Shown here in pieces: positions 1-9,218 of a stretch of DNA of 48,093 nt. The DNA is taken from the NCBI GenBank assembly GCA_002707765.1, contig PANV01000004.1:32868-80960 (forward strand), read 5' to 3'. The position numbers were made by a program, and so were the translations under genes. This stretch comes from Fidelibacterota bacterium (lineage in GTDB: Bacteria > Fidelibacterota > Marinisomatia > SCGC-AAA003-L08 > D37C17). The notes under the pieces are model-generated. The model did no database searches and had not been told where the DNA came from. It saw only the letters and a list, made by a program, of their open reading frames with translations. Within the stretch, counting starts at the first letter, position 1. Each line of letters begins with the position of its first letter.

Positions 1-450
1 GATGATAATTTACTTAATGAAGATTATGGACAAACTCTTACAGGTGATGGTGAATTAGACTACAGATATGCCTCTTTAAATAATTTTCAATTTCCAGTTA
101 GAGGGTATAATGTTGCCCAAAAATTTGGTACTAAATCATTAATAGCAAATTTTGAATTAAGGTTACCTTTTTTGATATATTATTTTCCAACAATAAAATA
201 TTTAGGACAGATATTTGGTGTTATATTTATAGATGCAGGTGTAGCTTGGAATGATAAAATTCCGAATTTTTCAAGCAAGAATAGTTGGCAATTAGATAAT
301 AATGAAGGTTGGATAATGTCATTTGGTTTTGGACCAAGATTTAATTTTTTAGGAATGCCATGGAAACTTGATTATGCTTGGCAATATAATCCACATAGAG
401 GTATTATTTCTTCAAGAAAGTGGTATCTTTCTATAGGTATAGACTTTTAG
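1..450 (+). CDS. Omp85/BamA-TamA family outer-membrane beta-barrel protein, 3' part (starts before the window)
   Basis: Frame is open from base 1 (DDNLLNEDYG...FQFPVRGYNV...IANFELRLPFLIYY...). It has the Omp85 VRGY motif, FIDAGVAW, SFGFGPRF, KLDYAW and a terminal beta-signal WYLSIGIDF. Confidence 0.8.
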   Translation, partial: DDNLLNEDYGQTLTGDGELDYRYASLNNFQFPVRGYNVAQKFGTKSLIANFELRLPFLIYYFPTIKYLGQIFGVIFIDAGVAWNDKIPNFSSKNSWQLDNNEGWIMSFGFGPRFNFLGMPWKLDYAWQYNPHRGIISSRKWYLSIGIDF

Positions 451-451
451 T

Positions 452-892
452 ATGGAAAAAAAAATCTACATATATACAGATGGTGCATGCAGAGGTAATC
501 CCGGTCCAGGTGGATGGGGTGCACTATTAAAGTATGAAAACCATATAAAAGAAATTAAAGGTGGATCTTTATTGACAACAAATAATATTATGGAATTAAC
601 AGCTGTGATTGAATCTCTCAATCAATTAAAATTTAAATCTAAAGTAGTTGTAACAACAGATTCTGCCTATGTAAAAAATGGAATAACAACCTGGATTCAT
701 AATTGGAAGTTAAAGGGCTGGAAAACGGCTTCAAAAAAACCTGTAAAAAACAAAGAATTATGGATGAAGCTAGATGCCTTATCATCCAAACATGACATTC
801 TTTGGAAGTGGGTCAAAGGTCATAGTGGAAATCCTGATAATGATAGAGCTGATTTTTTAGCTAATCAAGGAATAGATGACCTATATCTTTAA
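452..892 (+). CDS. rnhA: Ribonuclease HI
   Basis: IYTDGACRGNPGPGGWG, TTNNIMEL, TTDSAYV, WKWVKGHSG, NDRAD: all RNase HI catalytic motifs. Confidence 0.97.
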   Translation: MEKKIYIYTDGACRGNPGPGGWGALLKYENHIKEIKGGSLLTTNNIMELTAVIESLNQLKFKSKVVVTTDSAYVKNGITTWIHNWKLKGWKTASKKPVKNKELWMKLDALSSKHDILWKWVKGHSGNPDNDRADFLANQGIDDLYL

Positions 893-908
893 TGTGACTT
901 TTATCACA
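893..908. promoter_or_regulatory. CRP/FNR-family consensus site TGTGA-N6-TCACA
   Basis: TGTGA-ctttta-TCACA with AT-rich flanks, directly after the rnhA stop. A TATAAT hexamer lies at 935-940. Confidence 0.5.
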
Positions 909-977
909 AATTTTAAGTATAGATTTTTTGAAATTATAATACAAGGTTAAGATAATCTATTGATTATCTAGCATATA

Positions 978-1003
978 AAAGGGGAAGTGAATACTTCCCC
1001 TTT
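978..1003. terminator. Rho-independent terminator, probably bidirectional
   Basis: AAAGGGGAAGT-gaat-ACTTCCCCTTT is an 11-bp stem with a 4-nt loop between convergent rnhA and the protease operon. T-runs follow on both strands. Confidence 0.85.
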
Positions 1004-1008
1004 GCTAT

Positions 1009-2805
1009 TTATCCCATAATTATATTGATAAGTAAGACAATATCATTTATGTTGGTATTATTATCATTATTTAAATCAGCCAAATTTAATTGGGTTTCGG
1101 ATGGTTCTAAAATACCCATAATCATATTTACCATAGCCACAACATCAAGTATATTAATTGCATTGTCTAAATTTAAATCTCCCATCATAAAAAAACATCC
1201 ATCATCTTCAGGACTATAATAACCTGAGGAACAATCATCGCAATTGTCTTCATCTATATCTGAACATAAAAAATTATCTAAAGGATGTGAATCAATCTGG
1301 TCTGAAACACCATCATTATCGTCGTCTATATCTCCCGCGTCACATAGACCATCTCCATCAAAGTCTAATCCATCATTCGAAATATCAAAACTTCCTGAAT
1401 TACAATCATCACAACTGTCATCATCAATATCAGAGCAGACATATTGGTCATTATCGTCCCAATCATTGGATTCAGCGACTCCATCATTATCGTTGTCAGT
1501 TTGATTAGTACCATCATAAGTCCCAACTATTTGAATAGCACCACTATTAATTGGATCTAACCATTGACTAACATTACTAAAAGAAAGAGAGAATTTTCCA
1601 TAGTAGTCTTCTGTATCACCTGAATAACAATTACCTGAACCTCCAGATAATTGCCCTACTAATAATCCATCTTCATTAAATACAGGAGAACCTGAAGAAC
1701 CACCATATGTTCCTCCATCATCCCATAAAACCCTCCAGTGTGAACCTGCAGGTGACGACCCTTGTCCCTGCCAGTTAATTGATCCAGAACTATATGCCAT
1801 ATCATTATCGAAGTTTATTTTTTTAGGATCACCATTTGGATGGTGAACACCACATGAAATAACTGGATTTTCATTTGATTTACTCCAACCACTATAAAAT
1901 ATACCATCTGAGATTGAAGAATCATTTATTATCAATAGGGCATAATCATTGTCCATACCATTTGAATCAGATAAAATAGAACTTCCATATTCATATGAAC
2001 CTTGATTTGCCCAGCTTCCATTACATGAGGATGTTTTATAATTAAAATAAAATCTGAATGTGCTAGGATTATCTCCTTCAACACAATGCCATGCAGTCCA
2101 ATAGTAAGGTGTTAAATCAAAACTTGTATTATTAATCATTGCTCCACTACATATATAACCACCCATATCTAAGAATGATGTAGCATTAATTTGATCTGTA
2201 AATTCGTTAGCACTATTACATACTACATTATCACCACAGCTTCTTGAATTAGAACTATTTGAAAAATTTAAAATATCTCTATAATCATGTATTATATAAT
2301 CTATACTAATTATACCTTCACCATAAGCTTCAAATGGTTCATAATATTCTAAATTGACATAATCGCCTTGTATTAATGGAGTAGAAAAAAGCATATCGGG
2401 CTGATTATTTTTTTGTGTATAAGCTCCTAATATTTTATTTTCATTATACACAAAAAAACTTGAGTTATCTGGTAACTTGAAATTATCATATTCTATAGAA
2501 ATTGCCTTGGCATTTTCACTTTTAATTGACAATGTCCATATCCTATCTCCATTTTCTAGTGATTGCCACTCACCAGAATTTTGTAAATTTAATTTAACAT
2601 TAAATTTATAGCCATACCTGAATGGAGTTGCTGGTGGTCTATTTTCATCTTCTAAAAGTAGTTTTTCTATATCAAGTATAGGCATACTGACTAAATTATT
2701 ATTTAGTTTAATTTCATTTTGTTTTGTAAATGGCATACCTCCAATACTATCTTGAGAAATAATAATATTGATTAAAAATATTAAAGAAAATAAAATTGTA
2801 TGCAT
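1009..2805 (-). CDS. Secreted lysyl-endopeptidase-like serine protease (S1, Achromobacter protease I type) with acidic Ca-binding TSP3-like repeats and C-terminal dockerin
   Basis: Signal peptide, propeptide (PFRYG, GEWQSL, WTLSI), triad TAWHC / DNDYALL / GGSSGSP, HHPNGDPKKI, DxDxDG-rich repeats, and a duplicated dockerin GDLNLDNAINILDVV...ADLNNDNNTNINDIVLL. Confidence 0.85.
   Translation of the reverse strand: MHTILFSLIFLINIIISQDSIGGMPFTKQNEIKLNNNLVSMPILDIEKLLLEDENRPPATPFRYGYKFNVKLNLQNSGEWQSLENGDRIWTLSIKSENAKAISIEYDNFKLPDNSSFFVYNENKILGAYTQKNNQPDMLFSTPLIQGDYVNLEYYEPFEAYGEGIISIDYIIHDYRDILNFSNSSNSRSCGDNVVCNSANEFTDQINATSFLDMGGYICSGAMINNTSFDLTPYYWTAWHCVEGDNPSTFRFYFNYKTSSCNGSWANQGSYEYGSSILSDSNGMDNDYALLIINDSSISDGIFYSGWSKSNENPVISCGVHHPNGDPKKINFDNDMAYSSGSINWQGQGSSPAGSHWRVLWDDGGTYGGSSGSPVFNEDGLLVGQLSGGSGNCYSGDTEDYYGKFSLSFSNVSQWLDPINSGAIQIVGTYDGTNQTDNDNDGVAESNDWDDNDQYVCSDIDDDSCDDCNSGSFDISNDGLDFDGDGLCDAGDIDDDNDGVSDQIDSHPLDNFLCSDIDEDNCDDCSSGYYSPEDDGCFFMMGDLNLDNAINILDVVAMVNMIMGILEPSETQLNLADLNNDNNTNINDIVLLINIIMG
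1198..1500 (-). repeat. Two copies of an Asp/Cys-rich coding repeat (DNDGV..D....D...CSDID.D.CDDC.SG......DG)
   Basis: TDNDNDGVAESNDWDDNDQYVCSDIDDDSCDDCNSG aligns with DDDNDGVSDQIDSHPLDNFLCSDIDEDNCDDCSSG, separated by DFDGDGLCDAGD. Confidence 0.75.
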
Positions 2806-2818
2806 TAAAATTCTCCGA

Positions 2819-5809
2819 TTAGTTTAAAATTAAATTGACTATATTAATAATATCTAAAACATCAATAAATCCATCAGTATTTATGTCAGCTGATTCATTG
2901 TAAGTGTTCGAACCTAAAATAATATTTACACTAAGTATAACATCTTGAATATTTATATTACCATCATTATTGACATCACCATATAAAATTGACGAATAAA
3001 AACATGGAGGAAAAATAATATTATCTATGTAAGCTGCATCTTCTCCTACTGTAACCGCTTGGTCTTTGATATATTTCCAAGTAAATATATGAATACCAGC
3101 TGATACCGGGAAAACGTTTGTTGACCAATTTATTTCACCTGCCCATTTTTCCTGTTCAATATTATCAATATAAAATGCTAAATAATCGTAAAAATTTCCA
3201 GTCTGACTTCCTACATCTTCACAAGAAACTTTTTTATCAAATTGAATGTTTCCATCTTCTTCAATATTCATTTCTATTGAAATTTCAGATATCATGTTAT
3301 GATCAATTTGTCCAGATTTTATGTGTGATGACTCATTTATCAATTGATTACCGTTTATAATTTCCCAATTTTGTTCACTATTTAGAATCCATGGAAATTC
3401 GTTAAATGAATTATGGTTAAAGTCTTCAATTAAATATTCTACATTAAAATAATATGTATTATCCCATAAATTATTTGTTGAAATTACTTCAACATCTAAT
3501 GTAAAGTTATGACCAAAAGGTGCATTTTGATCAATTAAAAAAGACAATATTACATCTATATTTTCTCCAGCACTTAAGTTATCAATATTAATATTTTCAG
3601 TAATCATATTAATATATTGGTTATTATCAGTATTTATTAGATTGACCTGTATATTGTTATCGTTAGCATTACCTATATTTTCTAAGTTTAGTAATACATT
3701 GATTATCTCATTTTGAGATATCATCAAATCTTGTCCCATATCAATACTTTGTGAGGAAATTGAGGTGAATGCACCATCTGGAGAAGCTACAAAAATTTCG
3801 TTAAAATGTGGTATTTTATTTTGACCTGTAATTGTAATATCTAAATTTGTAACATCATTAATTGGATCAAAAATTAGCACAACGAATCCAGACTCGTCAA
3901 CTGTTCCCGAACTTATCAGTTCATTGCTTTGAGATAATCCAACATAGCTAAATGGATCAGCTTGAATTTCAATCGCTTCAGAACCAATAGGTAAGAATAA
4001 ATCATAGTTTGCATTAATTTCTTCAGGAATACCTTGGTAAGTTGAAAGGGAAGGGTCCCCCATTAAATGGTAAATTTCCCAGTAATAATCATCCATACCA
4101 TTTGCTTGAGCAACAGCAAGATTGCCCACCATCATTATTGCACTATTAACCACTGCCCAGGTATCTTCATTTTGCAAATGAAACATGGCATCATACGCAC
4201 CAATACCCGAAGTATTATATGATGGATTTACGCTTACATTCCCAGAACCTACTCCCCACCAATAATCTTCATCCCAGTATGTAACATCTGAACCTCCAAT
4301 ATAACCAATAGCTCCAGCATTAGCTTTTCTTAGAAGAGTTTCTCCAAAACAAGACCCCGTATCAAATGCATTAGTTAAACAACAGTTCCCTATCATTGTT
4401 GGATATCTATTAAAATTCGTCATGTTACTTGCATCATTAAGATCAAATTCAGGATCTGCCCAACCTGATTCCCAACCATGCGCAGTATAGTTAATAAACC
4501 CTACGCCTTGATTAGCTATATTTAAAATTTGATTTTGTGAATTACCTGACGCAGGATATAAAAATGTGTTTGAGTTAATACCATTGTTAGAATTGAAATA
4601 ATATTGATTTCCATAATTAATTTGTCCATTTCCATAAGTAGGAGCAAAGTTAGCATCTACTCCAGAAATCATTAGAACTTCGCCTAAAAAATTCGGATTA
4701 GGCATATTGAACTGTTCGTATTCTAATGTTTTCTCAACTTGCGCAATGGCATGATTAGGATTTTGTGCAGAAAATCTACCACATAAAACATCTGGTAAAT
4801 TATCATTTGTATAATCACAATAATCTAAATCTGAAACATGACCACCACTTGAGTAAGAAGCAGGAATTTGTTGCGTGTCTCCAACTAATAAAACAAATGA
4901 TGGAATAGGGTCTCCATTAATTGGATTATCATATTTATTTTGAAGATAGTTTTTTATTTGATTTGAGGATGATCCTATCTCATCAGTATATCCAACTGTA
5001 ACATGAAATCCTTTTCTAGTTTTCCAATTAATGAATGTTTCTAAACTATTTTCAAAAATTCTATCAGCTATGATAATATAGCCAACTTTATCTTCAATAA
5101 AATCATTTTCACGTGTTGCTTCATTTACAGAACTATAATTTTTTAAAGAATTTCTAAAAATTGGTTCGAAAAAATAAGAAAACGCTTTGGATTTATTTTG
5201 GTTATATTGTTCAAACTCTAGATTGTCAAAATATATTTTAAATTTAATATTTTTATGTACAATTACCTCATTGGTTACGGGGTTATATTCTAGGGGACTA
5301 ATCATAAGATTAGCTATATTTACTTCTCTAAGCTTTCCTTTATTTTTAATTTCAATCAATGGATTTTTTATAAATTTATTACTTGCATATTCCTTTTCAT
5401 TAAATTCGAACTTATTTTGATATTTACTTTTGGCTCGGGAACCTTGGACTGGATCAATTAAAAAATTAATATTATTTTTATTTCCATTGATAATTTCAAT
5501 TTCGTCATTAATAATTTCTATTCTAAAATTATTATCTTGTGGTATTTCAATTAAGTTATTTACCATTGGTAAATTTGGCAGTCCTAATTGTTTTGATGGG
5601 TAACTATTTAATAATGAAATATTAGTAAAACTTTGTTGATTAATTTGTATTTCACTTAATATCAGTTCATTAATCGAAAACTCAACTTCTATAGAATTTG
5701 GACTAATATTATTAATTCTAAATAATTGTACATTATTTAAATTGATTTTATTATTAGAAAATAAAAATTGAGATAAAAATAAAAAAAATAAAAATTGTTT
5801 AAACCTCAT
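2819..5809 (-). CDS. Gingipain-like cysteine peptidase (C25, Kgp-like) with propeptide, Ig-like domains and C-terminal dockerin
   Basis: Signal peptide, C25 propeptide (GLPNLP, PLEYNPVT), FVLLVGD, GRFSA, catalytic NYTAHG and IGNCC, YWDEDYWW, YHLMGDPSL, and dockerin GDVNNDGNINIQDV...ADINTDGFIDVLDII. SD GGGAG at 5814-5818. Confidence 0.9.
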   Translation of the reverse strand: MRFKQFLFFLFLSQFLFSNNKINLNNVQLFRINNISPNSIEVEFSINELILSEIQINQQSFTNISLLNSYPSKQLGLPNLPMVNNLIEIPQDNNFRIEIINDEIEIINGNKNNINFLIDPVQGSRAKSKYQNKFEFNEKEYASNKFIKNPLIEIKNKGKLREVNIANLMISPLEYNPVTNEVIVHKNIKFKIYFDNLEFEQYNQNKSKAFSYFFEPIFRNSLKNYSSVNEATRENDFIEDKVGYIIIADRIFENSLETFINWKTRKGFHVTVGYTDEIGSSSNQIKNYLQNKYDNPINGDPIPSFVLLVGDTQQIPASYSSGGHVSDLDYCDYTNDNLPDVLCGRFSAQNPNHAIAQVEKTLEYEQFNMPNPNFLGEVLMISGVDANFAPTYGNGQINYGNQYYFNSNNGINSNTFLYPASGNSQNQILNIANQGVGFINYTAHGWESGWADPEFDLNDASNMTNFNRYPTMIGNCCLTNAFDTGSCFGETLLRKANAGAIGYIGGSDVTYWDEDYWWGVGSGNVSVNPSYNTSGIGAYDAMFHLQNEDTWAVVNSAIMMVGNLAVAQANGMDDYYWEIYHLMGDPSLSTYQGIPEEINANYDLFLPIGSEAIEIQADPFSYVGLSQSNELISSGTVDESGFVVLIFDPINDVTNLDITITGQNKIPHFNEIFVASPDGAFTSISSQSIDMGQDLMISQNEIINVLLNLENIGNANDNNIQVNLINTDNNQYINMITENINIDNLSAGENIDVILSFLIDQNAPFGHNFTLDVEVISTNNLWDNTYYFNVEYLIEDFNHNSFNEFPWILNSEQNWEIINGNQLINESSHIKSGQIDHNMISEISIEMNIEEDGNIQFDKKVSCEDVGSQTGNFYDYLAFYIDNIEQEKWAGEINWSTNVFPVSAGIHIFTWKYIKDQAVTVGEDAAYIDNIIFPPCFYSSILYGDVNNDGNINIQDVILSVNIILGSNTYNESADINTDGFIDVLDIINIVNLILN

Positions 5810-5975
5810 ACTGCTCCCATTAAATTTTGATAATTTAATTTATATTTTATATAACAAGATAACTATTTAATATTCATAACAAAATGTAACATCAAATTAT
5901 TACATTTTAAATACATATGATATGGAACATATATTCAATATAAGTTGTAAAACTTAATTGATATAATTTTTAAAA

Positions 5976-8900
5976 ATGAAATTCAAAATTTATTTAATAT
6001 TACATCTAATTTTTCAAACCTCTTTTTTATTTCCAAATGAAAAATTAAAATTTTCTGCTGATTTTGCTGAAAGTTATATTGAAAACAATTTAAAAATAAA
6101 AGTTTTTAAAGATAATGTTAAGATAATTGATAAAGATAAAATCTTGTTTACAGATTTAGCAAAATATTTACAGGATTCAAATAAAGTTATTTTAAGTGGA
6201 AATGTGAAAATGTTTAATCAATTAGATACATTATCTTGTAATGAATTGATTATTTTTCAAAATAATAATAAAAGATATGAAGCTCTTGGAAATGTTATTT
6301 TTAACCGAAAAAGTACAATTATTAAATCAGAAAAATTATTATACTTTACAGATTCAGAGCAAATTGAAGCCTTTGGAAATGTTTATTTAAAAAATGAGAA
6401 TAACGAAATTTATGGACAGTCTTTAAAAATTAATTACAAAAATAATAAGGTTTCCGAAATTAATATGTTTGATGAAGTTAATTTAATTAATAAAAAATTC
6501 TTTTTATTTAAAGACAATAATTTACCTCAATTATTAGAAGACAATATGACATCAAATATACTATTGATTTACTTTGATGAAAATGAAAGTATAGATTCAA
6601 TCAAATTAATCGGTATGGCACAAGCTAATTTTAATGCAATATCAGACAGTTTATTGAAAGGATATAATAATGTTTCTGGTGATACAATTTTAATTAGAAT
6701 CAAAGATGATGAATTAACTAATATGTTTGTAAAAGGAGGAGCCATAGGAAGCTTTCAACCTGATAAAAAAAATGAAAATTTATTATATAATATTTCATAT
6801 AACGCTGAAGAGATAAGTTATGATTTGGAAAATGAGCTAACTTATTTAGTAGAATCAGCCAAGGTTGTTTATGGAGAAACAACATTAGAGGGAGGTGAAA
6901 TTAATGCAGATTTAAAAACAAATATAGTTGAAAGTAAAATAAGTAAATCAATTATACCCTCAGTTAAAACAGGGAATGAATCTCCAACATTTGGACATTA
7001 TATGAAGTTTAATTTATATTATGAAACTGGTACAATAGAACAAGGATATAATAAAATCGATATGGGTATCTTTCAAGGTGATAGTTTTATTACAGATAAG
7101 AATGAAGATATTTATATAGAAAATGGAGTTTTTACATCATGTGATATTGAAGAGCCTCATTATCATTTTGAAAGTAATATCATGAAAGTTGATAATAAAA
7201 ATAATCAAATTATAGCAAGGCCAATGAGATTATATATTCAGGATTTCCCATTAATTACTTTACCATTTGCTGTTTTACCTAATTCAAATCAAAATAGAAA
7301 AAGTGGATTTATTATGCCTTCATTTGGACATAGTAAAAATAATGGAACATGGATAGAAGACTTAGGATATTATTATGCACCAAATGATTATTATGATATA
7401 ATTACATATTTAGATTTCTATGACAGATCTAAAGTTAAACTCGATTCAAAAATAAATTATAAAAAAACATATGGTAATAATTGGTATAATTATAATTATT
7501 ACGGTCATTTTCAAATTAATAATTTTATAAATGAACTTAATCCTTCAAATAATGATTTTATAAATTTATTTGATAATGAAAAATCAACAACAAAATATTC
7601 AAGTAAATTTGCACATAATCAAGATTTTGGTAACAATCAATTCATTCGATTAAAATATGAATATTATAATTTTGAAAATTTATCAGATGTAGTAGAAAAT
7701 AATGCTAGAATTAGATTAGACCAAAAAGAAATTTCTCAAATTTACTATTCTAAATCATGGGATAATTCTAGTTTATCAATAGGAGCTTCATCATTTAGAA
7801 ATTTAATATTACCAGAACCTGATTATGAAAATCAACTAAGAGATTATAAAAAAGTAGACTATCCTAGCGTAAATTTTCAGTATAATAATCCACTACTTTT
7901 TGGTAAAACTGATAAATGGTTTGGTAATACTAAACTTTCCTACAATTTATCACATTTTAATGAAAGTATATCTTACTCAAAAAAATCAACTTGGCAATGC
8001 CAAGATCAAAATGGATTGATTACTTCCGATTTAAATTCTGAGCAGTGTTTACAAGATAATAATATCTGGGAAGGTGAATGTTTTGATTCAGATTATAATC
8101 AGTTAAGTCAAATTGTTTCACAAGAAGAATGTTTATCATCAAATAATATTTGGATACTCGATTGGGTGAAAAATGGAATTAGTAATCAGTCTAACCCTTC
8201 ATTGGAAAACAAGTTAACAATAAAAATCCCATTTAATTTTTTGTATTTTAATATAAATCCTAACATTGTTATTTCAGAACAATGGTCTTTAGATGGTATC
8301 TCTAAAATTAAAGCAAAAAAAAGACAAGGTTCTCTAGGTATAAATTTACAAACAAATATATATGGAACAATTAATTCCAGCTTGATTTTTAGAAAAATTC
8401 AAACTTTTAGGCATATAATTACTCCTTCCATAAATACAATTTATATTTCAAAAAATCAGCTAATATCAGGATCTTATGATGATTTTAACCAAACTAGATT
8501 TAATATTAATGATGATTTAATTAATAATTATTCACTTATTTCATCCTTTAATATTAATAATAGATTACAAGCAAAAATTTTGAATGAAGATAACGAATTG
8601 TATAAAAGAGAAATTTTAACTTATAATTTTTATACAAGTTATAATTGGGATACAAAATTATTCAATGCTTTAATGTCTTCAATCAGTTTAAAGGATAAAG
8701 CTGGAGGAGAATACCTTAGATTAAATATTGAACAAAGTTTTTATAGAAAAGATAGTAATGAATTTTTGAATGGGTTACCTAGATTAGTCGGAATGAGCAC
8801 AAGTATTTCTAGAAATTTTGGTTACACAATCAATAGTGATGAATATTCTGAATCAGAAACTAACCAAAAATTGAATAAACAAAATCTTTGGGATGCATCT

Positions 8901-9218
8901 TTTGGATTTACATTAACAGCAAAGTATGATTTACAAAAAAAATGGGATCTTGAATATTCAACTTTATCATTGAATTCAAATATTAGATTAACAAATTCAT
9001 GGCTAATGAAAAATAATTTTTATATTAATATGGTTGATTTAGAAATTAATTCTTATGAAGCTGAATTTATTCGATCACTTCATTGTTGGGATTTTTCATT
9101 TTTCATGAAACCTATTGGTTATAATCAAGGATTTGGTTTGAAAATAAGTATAAGTGAACCTAACTTACAGAGTTTAAAAGTCACACAATCTTCAAGAGTG
9201 CGTGGAAATAATTGGTAA
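5976..9218 (+). CDS. lptD: LPS assembly protein LptD (FCB type) with an extended N-terminal OstA/LptA-like beta-jellyroll region
   Basis: Signal peptide, repeated L/A-x-GNV jellyroll strands, FTSCD..EPHY, RKSGFIMPSFG, LGYYYAPNDYYD, FRHIITPS, and C-terminal RSLHCWDFSF. Confidence 0.85.
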   Translation: MKFKIYLILHLIFQTSFLFPNEKLKFSADFAESYIENNLKIKVFKDNVKIIDKDKILFTDLAKYLQDSNKVILSGNVKMFNQLDTLSCNELIIFQNNNKRYEALGNVIFNRKSTIIKSEKLLYFTDSEQIEAFGNVYLKNENNEIYGQSLKINYKNNKVSEINMFDEVNLINKKFFLFKDNNLPQLLEDNMTSNILLIYFDENESIDSIKLIGMAQANFNAISDSLLKGYNNVSGDTILIRIKDDELTNMFVKGGAIGSFQPDKKNENLLYNISYNAEEISYDLENELTYLVESAKVVYGETTLEGGEINADLKTNIVESKISKSIIPSVKTGNESPTFGHYMKFNLYYETGTIEQGYNKIDMGIFQGDSFITDKNEDIYIENGVFTSCDIEEPHYHFESNIMKVDNKNNQIIARPMRLYIQDFPLITLPFAVLPNSNQNRKSGFIMPSFGHSKNNGTWIEDLGYYYAPNDYYDIITYLDFYDRSKVKLDSKINYKKTYGNNWYNYNYYGHFQINNFINELNPSNNDFINLFDNEKSTTKYSSKFAHNQDFGNNQFIRLKYEYYNFENLSDVVENNARIRLDQKEISQIYYSKSWDNSSLSIGASSFRNLILPEPDYENQLRDYKKVDYPSVNFQYNNPLLFGKTDKWFGNTKLSYNLSHFNESISYSKKSTWQCQDQNGLITSDLNSEQCLQDNNIWEGECFDSDYNQLSQIVSQEECLSSNNIWILDWVKNGISNQSNPSLENKLTIKIPFNFLYFNINPNIVISEQWSLDGISKIKAKKRQGSLGINLQTNIYGTINSSLIFRKIQTFRHIITPSINTIYISKNQLISGSYDDFNQTRFNINDDLINNYSLISSFNINNRLQAKILNEDNELYKREILTYNFYTSYNWDTKLFNALMSSISLKDKAGGEYLRLNIEQSFYRKDSNEFLNGLPRLVGMSTSISRNFGYTINSDEYSESETNQKLNKQNLWDASFGFTLTAKYDLQKKWDLEYSTLSLNSNIRLTNSWLMKNNFYINMVDLEINSYEAEFIRSLHCWDFSFFMKPIGYNQGFGLKISISEPNLQSLKVTQSSRVRGNNW

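Noticed and set aside
1025..1508. Short + strand ORFs (64-86 aa, Ser/His-rich)
   Set aside because: They are antisense shadows of the Asp-rich repeat and dockerin region of the protease. The same applies to the other short opposite-strand or off-frame ORFs nested in long genes throughout the ORF track.
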